Notes: generated by a model not told the origin, from the sequence alone. A stretch of DNA of 64,000 nt from a virus (IMGVR_UViG_2846856033_000001:1-64000), one strand, 5' to 3'; positions 1 to 8,945 are shown, counted from the stretch's first letter. Made by a program: numbers and translations.

Positions 1-933
1 TCAACCGTTGTGACAAATAGGGTCCAAAACCACCGGTTTAAGACTTTTAATTTGAGGCAAAAAAAGATTTTGATCTTGTGCAAGAAGTATCACGACCGCC
101 AATTTTGTGACGTGTTGGGCAATTACCTGCGGTTGAGAGATCATAATCAAACTAAAAGGCTCCTCATTCCCTTTAATCCTCACATACCTAGCTAGATGAG
201 CATGGCTAGTTTTTATGGCCAAATCTATGAATGACCCTGATTGTACTTCTCGTCCCTTTTTAGGTAGAAAGCCATTTGCCCGGTTTAAAATAGCTGCGGT
301 GTTTCCGTTCCCATTACTCTGGGACCAGTAGTTTACCACCCACCTGTCCGAATTATCAGGTTCTGGCTCATACAAAGCTCCATAGAAAAACACTTTTCCT
401 TGAAGAACTTCCCCCATACGGAGAATTATCTGGGAATAACTTTTTGAATAAATCTTAGATAGAGCAGCCACGTCTAATCCGGTCTGATAGATACTCTCCA
501 TAAAATCGTTTTTAGGTAATAATACCGCGGAGGCGAATCGGTTGGCTGCCATATGGGTAGCTCTGCTAGTCAGAGGTTTATATGCTGGAAATACCTCCAC
601 AAACATCGGCTCCATCATTTCACGGATCTCATGTAAAATAGTGTTCTGAATACCACTCTGACTATCTTCCTCACGATAATAAATATTTTTTCGGTTGCCG
701 ATCAATTCGTGATATCCCCGCATTGTTTTTGGCATTTTCCCGCTTTCGATAGCTTCTGTATTGAAACCGCAAACGCAAGCTACCAACCTTAACGACCGCA
801 CGTTTACCGGAAGGTCAGTTAAAAAGTAATTTCGGAATTCCTCGGCTTTCAGTTCTTCTGAGATAGATAGAGGATCACCATGTTTTTTGACAATATGCCC
901 ACAGAACAAGCGCAAACAATCTGTTAATTCCAA
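1..933 (-). CDS. ImmA/IrrE-like (DUF955) metallopeptidase with atypical metal motif
   Basis: TILHEIREM followed by ANRFASAVLLP, the typical ImmA/IrrE core; directly downstream of an XRE repressor. Confidence 0.75.
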   Translation of the reverse strand: MELTDCLRLFCGHIVKKHGDPLSISEELKAEEFRNYFLTDLPVNVRSLRLVACVCGFNTEAIESGKMPKTMRGYHELIGNRKNIYYREEDSQSGIQNTILHEIREMMEPMFVEVFPAYKPLTSRATHMAANRFASAVLLPKNDFMESIYQTGLDVAALSKIYSKSYSQIILRMGEVLQGKVFFYGALYEPEPDNSDRWVVNYWSQSNGNGNTAAILNRANGFLPKKGREVQSGSFIDLAIKTSHAHLARYVRIKGNEEPFSLIMISQPQVIAQHVTKLAVVILLAQDQNLFLPQIKSLKPVVLDPICHNG

Positions 934-935
934 GT

Positions 936-1328
936 TTAACCTCCGGGTAATAGCGTTTTACCCGTAGCTTTCTCATACATCTCAACGATAAAGCGTTTTA
1001 TGTCCGGCGTCAGTTCACCTTTGACACGAGTACCAGATTTATAGCGAGGGTCATTCATGACATAGCGGAAAGCCATATCCACTTCCTCTTCATCGGTCAG
1101 AACCGGTTTCACTTCTTCCAGATACCCTGCAGCTTTAAGTAAATCACGCACTGGTACATTGTAGAGTGGCGCCAGTTTTTTCAGGATATCGGGTCCCGGA
1201 TTTTTCTTCCGATCGTGTTCGATCTGGGTCAGATAAGAGATAGAGACGCCGGTTTGGGCGGCTACATCCCTCAAAGAAAGCCTTTGTTCGTCACGCAGGT
1301 TTTTCATATACTCCCCGAAGTTTTCCAT
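936..1328 (-). CDS. XRE-family HTH repressor (ImmR/CI-like)
   Basis: FGEYMKNLRDEQRLSLRDVAAQTGVSISYLTQIEH is a classic HTH_3; GGAGG RBS upstream. Confidence 0.9.
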   Translation of the reverse strand: MENFGEYMKNLRDEQRLSLRDVAAQTGVSISYLTQIEHDRKKNPGPDILKKLAPLYNVPVRDLLKAAGYLEEVKPVLTDEEEVDMAFRYVMNDPRYKSGTRVKGELTPDIKRFIVEMYEKATGKTLLPGG

Positions 1329-1350
1329 CTTGCTTTAGCCTCCGTTTAGG

Positions 1351-1453
1351 ATAATAGCACAAACAAGACACAATTGCAATATAGAAACAGCACATATTGT
1401 TATTATTTGGTGTCATAAAGATGTTGACTTAGTGCTATGTTTAACCGTATTAT
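1351..1453. promoter_or_regulatory. Divergent sigma70 promoter pair (repressor/Cro-type switch)
   Basis: Minus strand TTGCAA(1379-1374)-17-TATTAT(1356-1351) with TG extension; plus strand TTGACT(1424-1429)-18-TATTAT(1448-1453); AGCAC/GTGCT half-sites recur near 1356, 1389 and 1432. Confidence 0.65.
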
Positions 1454-1482
1454 AGTAAACATTATCGGTGCTGGAGAAATAC

Positions 1483-1725
1483 ATGATAAAAGTTATTCTG
1501 AACCGGCAAACCCTGGAAAAAGCCTTAACTCGTCGCAATTTATCACGCAAAGTGTTTGCCGCAGACATAGGGATGTCCAGAAGCCATTTGGCAAGAGTTA
1601 TTTGGGGCAAGATTGAGCCTTCCTGCGCTTTACGTAAAAGACTTCTCGAATATTTTAAGGAATATACTTTCGACGACCTATTCAAAATCGCAGAGGATGA
1701 GCATGACAATTCAAGCCAACACTAA
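1483..1725 (+). CDS. Small XRE/Cro-like HTH protein
   Basis: RRNLSRKVFAADIGMSRSHLARVIWGKIEPS HTH; GGAG RBS before ATG 1483; divergent from repressor. Confidence 0.8.
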   Translation: MIKVILNRQTLEKALTRRNLSRKVFAADIGMSRSHLARVIWGKIEPSCALRKRLLEYFKEYTFDDLFKIAEDEHDNSSQH

Positions 1726-1844
1726 CGATCCAGGCTATGAAGGTCTAAAGATTCTTGCCAAGTGGATTGCTGCGGCTTATCTGGATGAACTAGCACAACA
1801 ACCGAATAAAGAGTGTTTACTGCCAGAAATAAGGGAGGAAAAGA

Positions 1845-2795
1845 ATGCCTATCAAGGGAATCAGCGAAGTCATCAGGTTACCCCGGTTGGGCAAGATCAG
1901 GTTGGGACTCAAGAAGGATGCGGAGGGGATGAGCTTTCCGGAACCGACGGATTACTTTGTCTGCCCCGAAGAAGTAAAAAAGGTCTTCGGCGAAAAACCC
2001 CGTCAACTCAGGATCATGTTTCCGACTAATGATCCATCGCAGTGGGCCAGTCAGTATTTAAGATGTTATTCGGATAACCGGCGATTAATCTGCCGCGGTA
2101 ACGGAAAGATCGCCGTCGCCAAGGTTAATACCGGAGTTAATGACACCGAACTGAGAGAAAAGCAATGTAATCCGTTAAATTGCGCAGCCTATCAACAGGA
2201 GATTTGCCGACGGGTTATGAATCTGCAGTTCTTGGTCCCAGATTGTCCCGGCTTTGGGGTTTACCAGCTGGATACCAGTTCTTTCCATTCTATGGTTAAT
2301 ATCAACTCCAGTCTGGAACTAATTCACAATATCTGCGGCCGCTTTGCCATGATTCCTTTGACTCTGCAGCTCATTGAAAAAGAAGTGCAGCCGGAAGGAC
2401 ACAGTAAAACCGCCTGGGTGCTGACCTTGATGCCGACATACTCTCTGGCGGAGACTCAACGCTACGCCCAAATGCCGCCCGAGAAAGCACTGGTATTACC
2501 GCCTCCGGACAGTGAGGCGCCGGATGATCTGTTTCCTGAAGAAACACTCAAAAAGAGTAGCCCGACCAAACGCTCCAAAGAAGAGGAAGAATTGATCGAA
2601 CTCTGGGACCGGGCCAAACGCAAGGTTTGGCAACTTGAAATGCAGGATTACCAGATCTCCCATTATTTCATGAAATATTTTCACCTGGGAGCCGGTTTGA
2701 AAGACTTTGAATCAGTTTTACCGCCGACCAAGTTCGGTGTCGAGCATATCTCTGGCTTTCTCAAAGATATCGAGAGTCATACCCGTTTTTCCTAA
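1845..2795 (+). CDS. Gp3-like / recombination-directionality-factor-like protein
   Basis: N-terminal RLPRLGKIRLG and Cys cluster (CRGNG, CNPLNC, C) recalled from the Gp3-like family; GGGAGG RBS. Confidence 0.6.
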   Translation: MPIKGISEVIRLPRLGKIRLGLKKDAEGMSFPEPTDYFVCPEEVKKVFGEKPRQLRIMFPTNDPSQWASQYLRCYSDNRRLICRGNGKIAVAKVNTGVNDTELREKQCNPLNCAAYQQEICRRVMNLQFLVPDCPGFGVYQLDTSSFHSMVNINSSLELIHNICGRFAMIPLTLQLIEKEVQPEGHSKTAWVLTLMPTYSLAETQRYAQMPPEKALVLPPPDSEAPDDLFPEETLKKSSPTKRSKEEEELIELWDRAKRKVWQLEMQDYQISHYFMKYFHLGAGLKDFESVLPPTKFGVEHISGFLKDIESHTRFS

Positions 2796-2975
2796 AGGTT
2801 TCTAGCCCGGTCTTTCCCTGGCGACGAAGGTGGGGTGGTGGCTGTTGAAGAAGTGTGGGGAAGAGTAAGGGAGGTAGTAGAGGGTAAGCCGGGCTATTCT
2901 TTACCCTAGAGCAGGAACTTTTACGTTCCTGTTCTGGGGCATGATAAAAAACGCCCTGAAATAAGAGAGTGAGAC

Positions 2976-3677
2976 TTGGCCGAACGTGGATTTCAAACCG
3001 AATTATGGACAGACCCTTTTATCCAGGGTCTTTCCCCGGAGGCTAAGCTGCTGTTTATTTACCTCTGGACCAACAAGCATTGCAACCAAGCTGGTCTTTA
3101 CGAGATCAGCCTCAAAACTATGGCCTTTGATGAGACTCCGCAGAATTTACACTTATTACCGCAAACCCGGACCAGGGGAAAATACAGCCTGAAGATGGAC
3201 CGCATGGGTAATATTTTGATTACCCACAACATGCATCCGGGTAAAGATGTTTTTCTGCAATTTGAGTCTGACAAAGAGATCATATTTGAATTGCTTCACC
3301 GGGCAGAACGAAAGGACCTCGAAGCCGGCTGGCCGGTGGAGATTGCCGATAACCAGCCCCGGGCGTCGATTTTAGACGAACTCTGGGAATGTCAAAATAA
3401 AGCACAGGAAACAACCAAGATTGCAGGCCAAAATCGGGATAGCGGAACTGTCGGAGAAGAGCGTAAGCAGTCTTACCACAGAACTCCAGACGGTAAATCT
3501 CCATATTCATCCAGAAATAACACGAATTCCGGACGCTCTAGTGAAGGGAATTTGGATTTTCTGTCGGACAGCCAGGAATTCCTGGCCTATACCATTGAGG
3601 ATATCGGCTACCGTGACAAAATCGATGATGCCTTTATAGAAGCGATCAAGCGGGCCAGGGGGAAGAATACATGGTAA
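2976..3677 (+). CDS. Chimeric ORF: phage-type replication initiator N-terminus (about 54 aa) joined to an unrelated hypothetical C-terminus
   Basis: FQTELWTDPFIQGLSPEAKLLFIYLWTNKHCNQAGLYEISLKTMAF matches replisome-organiser N-termini, then resemblance stops abruptly near nt 3135. Confidence 0.55.
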   Translation: MAERGFQTELWTDPFIQGLSPEAKLLFIYLWTNKHCNQAGLYEISLKTMAFDETPQNLHLLPQTRTRGKYSLKMDRMGNILITHNMHPGKDVFLQFESDKEIIFELLHRAERKDLEAGWPVEIADNQPRASILDELWECQNKAQETTKIAGQNRDSGTVGEERKQSYHRTPDGKSPYSSRNNTNSGRSSEGNLDFLSDSQEFLAYTIEDIGYRDKIDDAFIEAIKRARGKNTW

Positions 3678-5170
3678 CCGCGATTAATCCCCCTCGTGTC
3701 CTCTCCATGGAAGAATACCAGACGCAATGGAAACAACAAGGCTGGCAGTTGATCGTGATTGGTCCGACCGCTACCTGGCGCCAGGAGTGGGATGAATGGG
3801 CTGCTATCCGGGACATCGTTCAGAATGCTCTGGATGAAGCGGAAAGCTATAGCTTTGGCTATGATGACCAGGGATTGTGGATCAGTGATCACGGCCGGGG
3901 TATTGCCGTCGCCAACTTCCTGCTGGGTCCACCCAAGCTCAAGCCGGATTATGCCCGGGGCAAATTCGGCGAAGGAATGAAGATTGCCGCTCTGGCCTTG
4001 ATCCGAAAAGGGTATTCGGTCCATATTGAAACCGGCAACAAGGAAATCTGGATTATCTTCTTGGAACAGGAAGCCGAGGGTAAAGTCCAGACACTGGCAG
4101 CCTTATGGAGACCGGTCAGCACACCCAGGACCGGCACCCGGTTCCATATTATCGGTTACTTCGGCGAGGCCTTCGCCGACCGCTTCGCGGTCAATTTGTC
4201 CCGCAAGCAGATTGTAGCCGAGGCTCCCAGCCAGATTACTCAGCCGATAAGGCGCTTTAACCAGTTGATCCGGACTCCGGAAGGGCAGAAGTCGCGGATT
4301 TTTGTGCGGGACATTTATCTCCAGGACATCGAAAGCCAGTTTTCCTATAATTTGTGGTCGTTCGAGCTAAGTCCCGACCGTTTTGGCCCTAAAAAGGAGT
4401 CAGATCTATGGACTGACATGGGGCGGCTCTGGTCGTGCATTACCCGGCAGGATCTGCTGGAAACCTTTATGAAAATGGTGTCTCAGCCAGCTCAAATAAC
4501 TTGTCTGGAAAGCGAGAACCTCAGTCTGAGTTCCTGGTCATTGGGAACAGAACCGGTAACCGGCAAGAGCTATACAGAGTTCATCAAGGAAAATGCTTCT
4601 TCCTGGCGGGATGCCTGGCAGCAAGTGATGGGAGAGAATAAAATCATCCGCACTGATGACCGCTGGAACGGCACAGTAAAACATCTGGGTTATGAATCTA
4701 CCAGTGTAAGCTGGCATGTCCGGGATACCCTGGGAGAGGTAATTCTCACTGATGCTAATCTGGTCAAAGCTTCCCAGGAACGGCTGCGTGAAGCCGAGGT
4801 GATTCCAGATAATCAATTAAGTCACCGGCAACTGGCCCATCTCAAGTTAGCCCGAGCTATAACAAAGGACGTTCTGCCCTATGGTCCGGTCTCCGGAGTA
4901 TTGGCGGCCATCATTCCGGCCGCGTCGGACCGGGTGCGCACAGCCGGGATGTACAGCCGCATAACCCAGGAGATCTTTATCGGTGCCGACATGCTTGAGC
5001 ATGCTCAAACCACGATTGATACCGTGATACACGAGATTGCTCATCATACTTCGGGATCGGATGACCTGGAGGAACGACACGCCGCGGCCATGACTGAAGT
5101 GGCAGCCAAAGTAGTGAAAGAGACGGCTGGTGGCGCCTTTGATGATTTGCTTATGGAGGTGACCTGGTGA
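3671..5170 (+). CDS. GHKL-family ATPase with C-terminal HEXXH metallopeptidase motif
   Basis: GHKL boxes IRDIVQNALDE, DHGRGI, GKFGEGMK, GTRF; C-terminal VIHEIAHH. Confidence 0.75.
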   Translation: MVTAINPPRVLSMEEYQTQWKQQGWQLIVIGPTATWRQEWDEWAAIRDIVQNALDEAESYSFGYDDQGLWISDHGRGIAVANFLLGPPKLKPDYARGKFGEGMKIAALALIRKGYSVHIETGNKEIWIIFLEQEAEGKVQTLAALWRPVSTPRTGTRFHIIGYFGEAFADRFAVNLSRKQIVAEAPSQITQPIRRFNQLIRTPEGQKSRIFVRDIYLQDIESQFSYNLWSFELSPDRFGPKKESDLWTDMGRLWSCITRQDLLETFMKMVSQPAQITCLESENLSLSSWSLGTEPVTGKSYTEFIKENASSWRDAWQQVMGENKIIRTDDRWNGTVKHLGYESTSVSWHVRDTLGEVILTDANLVKASQERLREAEVIPDNQLSHRQLAHLKLARAITKDVLPYGPVSGVLAAIIPAASDRVRTAGMYSRITQEIFIGADMLEHAQTTIDTVIHEIAHHTSGSDDLEERHAAAMTEVAAKVVKETAGGAFDDLLMEVTW

Positions 5171-6693
5171 GATACCAAACTCAGCCTTATGTGATTTTAT
5201 CTGACGGGACTGTCAGGGCTATGTCTGTTCCCTCAAATCTTAATACAGTGATCAGTTTCGGACAGGCAATGCTTTTCATGATATTTGTTGCCGGGCTGAT
5301 TAAAGCGCTTGTATCAGAATCTGATGAACCGCAATCTACTAATCTGAAGTTGCTTCCCCGGAACATACCCGCGAAACAAAAAACTGAACTGGAGGATCTG
5401 GTAATCTCTTTGAGAGATGCGCCTACTGAAGAAGATCGGATTTTCATCAAGTTAACCGCTCCTCGGAAAGTGATGGAACAATACCGAAGCCTGTCTTTAC
5501 AACAGATCCGAAATATCGAACAGCGGTACTCACCAAAGTCAGGTTCTTCACCATATCAAGCCGCGACATTGAACGGTGATACTATTGCTGTACCATCGGA
5601 TTTAGCCTGGCTTCTCAATGATAATCAATCTTCGACAAGGCTGGATTATCTTCCGACGACAGAAGCCACTGAAAACAAGGTTGAAGGTATCCTTAAACAG
5701 CTCAAAGCCGGAGTCGAGAGTATCCAGCAGAGTGACCAATTCCGCCTGTTTTTGACTACCATGGGTAAATTTCATGACTACAGCATCGGCAATATGATAC
5801 TCATCATGCTGCAGAAACCCCAGGCCACCCATGTGGCGGGCTTCAATACCTGGAAGGAACTGGGCAGATGGGTTAAGTCCGGAGAAAAGGGCATCTCGAT
5901 TTTGGCCCCGGTATTTCCGCCGGCAGCCAGATGTGAAAAGTGCGGTTCCAAGTTGCCCCGAAACGCCAAATTCTGCTCGAAATGTGGTGAAAGTATCGAT
6001 TCCGGTGATGAAGGGGCGATCAGTCCCCGATATTTTCGGGTAGTTTATGTTTTCGATATCGGCCAGACCGAAGGGAAATCTTTGCCGGAGTTTGAAGTAC
6101 CGGCTTTAACTGGGGATGCTAACGAAGATTTGTTTAGTCAAGTTTTGGATCTGGCTAGAGAACAAGGGCTGACTGTTGGTTTTGAATCCAAACCGGAATT
6201 GGATCCGGATATAAAAGGCTACTATTCGGGAAAATCAATCTGGGTGCGCCCACAAGAATCCAGAGCCCAGCAACTAAAAACCCTGCTGCATGAGATGGCG
6301 CATTACTACACTGAAGGGGTTATGGGAATTCCTCGCAAGTACGCCGAAACCATTGCGGAAAGTGCGGCTTTCGCGGTTGGCGCTCATTACGGTTTCGACA
6401 GCGGAGTCCGTTCCTTCCCATATGTAGCGGTTTGGTCCCAGGAAAAGAAAGTCCTGGAAGAAAACCTGGCAATGATTCGAAAGGTCACCGGGAAGATCAT
6501 CGATAGCCTGGGACAAATGTCTCATACACATGAGCTTCCACATTGTATGCAAAACAATTCGCTGCAATTATATGGTGGTAGCCATTCTCTGATCTCTCCA
6601 CACATACAATGTAGTTCAATTTTCTTCTTTGATGTGATAAGGGCAGATCGGATAAAAAAGCAATATTCATTGTTTCTGGTGCCCATTTCTTGA
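5167..6693 (+). CDS. ardC: ArdC-like polyvalent protein (N-terminal TM, ArdC-N ssDNA-binding domain, double zinc ribbon, HEXXH peptidase); C-terminus replaced after about nt 6520
   Basis: FHDYSIGNMILIMLQKPQATHVAGFNTWKELGRWVKSGEKGISILAP and YVFDIGQTEG; CEKC/CSKC; LLHEMAHY...AES; tail after about aa 451 is AT-rich antisense of another ORF. Confidence 0.8.
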   Translation: MRYQTQPYVILSDGTVRAMSVPSNLNTVISFGQAMLFMIFVAGLIKALVSESDEPQSTNLKLLPRNIPAKQKTELEDLVISLRDAPTEEDRIFIKLTAPRKVMEQYRSLSLQQIRNIEQRYSPKSGSSPYQAATLNGDTIAVPSDLAWLLNDNQSSTRLDYLPTTEATENKVEGILKQLKAGVESIQQSDQFRLFLTTMGKFHDYSIGNMILIMLQKPQATHVAGFNTWKELGRWVKSGEKGISILAPVFPPAARCEKCGSKLPRNAKFCSKCGESIDSGDEGAISPRYFRVVYVFDIGQTEGKSLPEFEVPALTGDANEDLFSQVLDLAREQGLTVGFESKPELDPDIKGYYSGKSIWVRPQESRAQQLKTLLHEMAHYYTEGVMGIPRKYAETIAESAAFAVGAHYGFDSGVRSFPYVAVWSQEKKVLEENLAMIRKVTGKIIDSLGQMSHTHELPHCMQNNSLQLYGGSHSLISPHIQCSSIFFFDVIRADRIKKQYSLFLVPIS

Positions 6694-6764
6694 TCTATGG
6701 TATTGATTAGATCATTTATTTTATTATTGATTGAAAGAGAATTGCTTCCGATTATGACAATCAA
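6522..6764 (-). pseudogene. Fragment of a Cys-containing zinc-finger protein
   Basis: HCMCG...CSELFCIQCGS; AT-rich, no clear RBS, overlaps the ArdC tail. Confidence 0.4.
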
Positions 6765-6998
6765 CCTGAATTTTACCTTGAGGGATTAGGTATAAGCGGA
6801 TTAACTTTCAAGCCGTTTGCTAAACTCAGGTTAGCTTCAAGCTATGTCAGATTACACGTTGACCTTGAGGACATACTCAAGCCTGTGAGTAAGTCCCAAA
6901 AGCGCAAAGCTATCAGGTACGGCAAGATACCGACTGATTTACAGGACAAAATAAATGACAGATGTTGGCAAGCCGTAAAACATTATGCCAATCAATAA
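6735..6998 (+). pseudogene. Start-less C-terminal gene fragment
   Basis: Open frame ...DYDNQPEFYLEGLGISGLTFKPFAKLRL...KRKAIRYGK...HYANQ* ending at TAA 6996-6998 just before a terminator; in-frame stop upstream and no ATG or RBS near its 5' end. Confidence 0.4.
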
Positions 6999-7006
6999 CG
7001 GCTAAC

Positions 7007-7047
7007 AAAAAGAAAAGACTTCTCAACTGGGGGGTCTTTTTCTTTTT
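7007..7047 (+). terminator. Rho-independent terminator, probably bidirectional
   Basis: AAAAAGAAAAGACTTCTC-AACT-GGGGGGTCTTTTTCTTTTT. Confidence 0.75.
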
Positions 7048-7177
7048 AACCGACCATATTTAGGGGTAGCTTTTTACCTTTTACATTCCAATATATCAGG
7101 GGGGCATGGATGAAAGTCTATGCCCCCCTATTATTATGCCCTGAATTAGCTGGATTTCGGGGAAGGATGGGAAACCT

Positions 7178-7399
7178 GTGGGTATCGAAAAAGATATTAC
7201 AGAAATAATCAACGAATGCGAGGCGGATGAACTGGCCAGATGTCTTTTAGAGCGTACCAGAATACTTACACCTCCGAGCAGGGAAGTTAGCGATAGCCTG
7301 GCTCGCATACTGGATGATGTTTCCAAAGATGTGCCGGTACATAAGGCTCTATGGATCGCCTTCTGGTTAGGTTGCGCCTGGCAGAATTCAAGGGACTAA
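7178..7399 (+). CDS. Small hypothetical protein
   Basis: First of a co-oriented run of small ORFs. Confidence 0.5.
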   Translation: MGIEKDITEIINECEADELARCLLERTRILTPPSREVSDSLARILDDVSKDVPVHKALWIAFWLGCAWQNSRD

Positions 7400-7410
7400 A
7401 GGAGAAAATC

Positions 7411-7614
7411 ATGAGCTGGGAAGACGCCCCCACCGGGGCTCAAATTCACCGGATAGCGGTATTCGCCATTGCTTTGGGTATCAAGAGTCCCATTGAAGAA
7501 GGTATACAAACCCGGGGTCAAGCCCGGGATATTCTGAATGACCTTTACCAACAAATCAAACAGAAGAACCGGACGAAGCAGGATAAAACCGTTAACGCAT
7601 CCCAAAGAATCTGA
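7411..7614 (+). CDS. Small hypothetical protein
   Basis: AAGGAG RBS before ATG 7411; APTGAQIHRI...TRGQARDIL pattern seen in mobile-element proteins. Confidence 0.6.
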   Translation: MSWEDAPTGAQIHRIAVFAIALGIKSPIEEGIQTRGQARDILNDLYQQIKQKNRTKQDKTVNASQRI

Positions 7615-7631
7615 ATTAAAGGAAGTGAATC

Positions 7632-7889
7632 ATGGACTTATACTGCAAACGCTGCGGGGAACCCTGGGACTATTACGGAGTCATGCACGGCGACCTGACT
7701 GATGAAGAGCGGGAACGCTTCCGCAAAGGGGAAGGTTGCCCAGCCTGTTACGGGAAACCGGTGGAGAAGAAACCTTTCCGGGCGGAGCTGGCCGGCGTCA
7801 TGGAAGATGTCCTGTGGGACGATCTGGACGGCGTTGCCGCCGAGATGGAAGACGCCGAGTACCTGTTGGGTGAAGAGTTCTGGAAATAG
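7632..7889 (+). CDS. Small zinc-ribbon protein
   Basis: CKRCGEPWD and GCPAC; AAGGAAG RBS. Confidence 0.7.
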   Translation: MDLYCKRCGEPWDYYGVMHGDLTDEERERFRKGEGCPACYGKPVEKKPFRAELAGVMEDVLWDDLDGVAAEMEDAEYLLGEEFWK

Positions 7890-7921
7890 GCAGGCGGCCT
7901 ACGTCTAAACCTATTTCCCTT

Positions 7922-8051
7922 ATTGACCAGGGCTAGTGGAGTTGAATCTACCATCGGCTCACCGCCGTCGTGCAGACGGTCCTTCGGCTCTGTAAAAGCC
8001 TTTAGGATTGTGGTTCAGGGCATGGGATTGCATACACTAGCCCTGGTCAAT
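7922..8051. repeat. Perfect 17-bp inverted repeat enclosing a 96-nt multi-hairpin segment
   Basis: ATTGACCAGGGCTAGTG (7922-7938) / CACTAGCCCTGGTCAAT (8035-8051). Confidence 0.9.
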
Positions 8052-8082
8052 GAGTCTTAAAACCAACTAAAGGAGGAACTCT

Positions 8083-8310
8083 ATGGCTGATACCAATATC
8101 TCACCCGAACATCGGGACTCATTTAAAGCTCTCACTTCCGGTAACTATACCAATTTCGCACTGTTTTCCTGTTTCGTGAATGGTGAGCCTGCCAGCGCCA
8201 TTGTCGCCGTTACTAAGGATGACGGCAACGAATATCATATTAATCCGCTTTTTGTGAGCGTGACGCCAGGCATGAAGCTGATCGATCACGAAGGGGTTGG
8301 ACCAACTTAG
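8083..8310 (+). CDS. Small hypothetical protein
   Basis: AAGGAGGA RBS; FALFSCFVNGEPASAIV...PLFVSV. Confidence 0.7.
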   Translation: MADTNISPEHRDSFKALTSGNYTNFALFSCFVNGEPASAIVAVTKDDGNEYHINPLFVSVTPGMKLIDHEGVGPT

Positions 8311-8454
8311 AGTTAACGATGGTATATATCGCCGCCAAGTACATCCCGCAGATGGTCGCTACTTTCAGCGGCAAACAGAAGGAAGCGGACTTGGCTAAAG
8401 CCCGACAGTTAATCTAAACATGGCATTATCCCGGAGTATTAACGGAGGTGGTCT

Positions 8455-8694
8455 ATGCCAAATAACCAAGTCGAATCCCTCGATAGGGATCTTAACATGA
8501 TGAAGAACCCGAATAGATGGCCGCGCCTCGTGCTGCCTTTGACCAGAGGCCATGACCTCGGAATTCTACTCGGCGATAAGCCCACGGTTTACAAGGTCAA
8601 TATGTACATGATCCCGGACGACCTTTCCAAAGCTCCTCAAGAGTCCTATCCGGATTACGAGGCGGTTGTGGCCGCCGGTTGGCAGGTGGACTAA
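8455..8694 (+). CDS. Small hypothetical phage-type protein
   Basis: GGAGGTGG RBS; WP..VLPL.R and terminal AAGWQVD. Confidence 0.7.
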   Translation: MPNNQVESLDRDLNMMKNPNRWPRLVLPLTRGHDLGILLGDKPTVYKVNMYMIPDDLSKAPQESYPDYEAVVAAGWQVD

Positions 8695-8925
8695 ATGGCA
8701 GCCACACCGGAAGAAATCAAACAGACCCTGGAGGCTATCGCCAAAGAAGCCGACCACAGCGATCAACCGCGCGTATTGCCCATCGTCAAGGGGTACGTGA
8801 TTTACGAGCGCCTAAGAGAATTTCGGAGGGTATTCTGGGTAAACCATGTACCTGACATGAAGACTATACCGTTCGATTCGGTCGATGGTGCGCGGTTGCT
8901 GGCCGCATATCTGAAAGGGAAATAA
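8695..8925 (+). CDS. Small hypothetical protein
   Basis: Abuts the previous stop; LP.VKGYVIYERLREFR...IPFDS. Confidence 0.65.
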   Translation: MAATPEEIKQTLEAIAKEADHSDQPRVLPIVKGYVIYERLREFRRVFWVNHVPDMKTIPFDSVDGARLLAAYLKGK

Positions 8926-8945
8926 CAGGAGGGGCCACCCAAAGA

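Noticed and set aside
1613-2029. 138-aa ORF overlapping both neighbours
   Set aside because: Only the part from ATG 1697/1703 to about 1860 is plausibly a small gene; the rest is an alternative frame of the Gp3-like gene, so it was not called
7922-8051. Retron ncRNA or tRNA gene
   Set aside because: No reverse transcriptase in the window; no T-loop GTTC arm or acceptor stem in tRNA geometry
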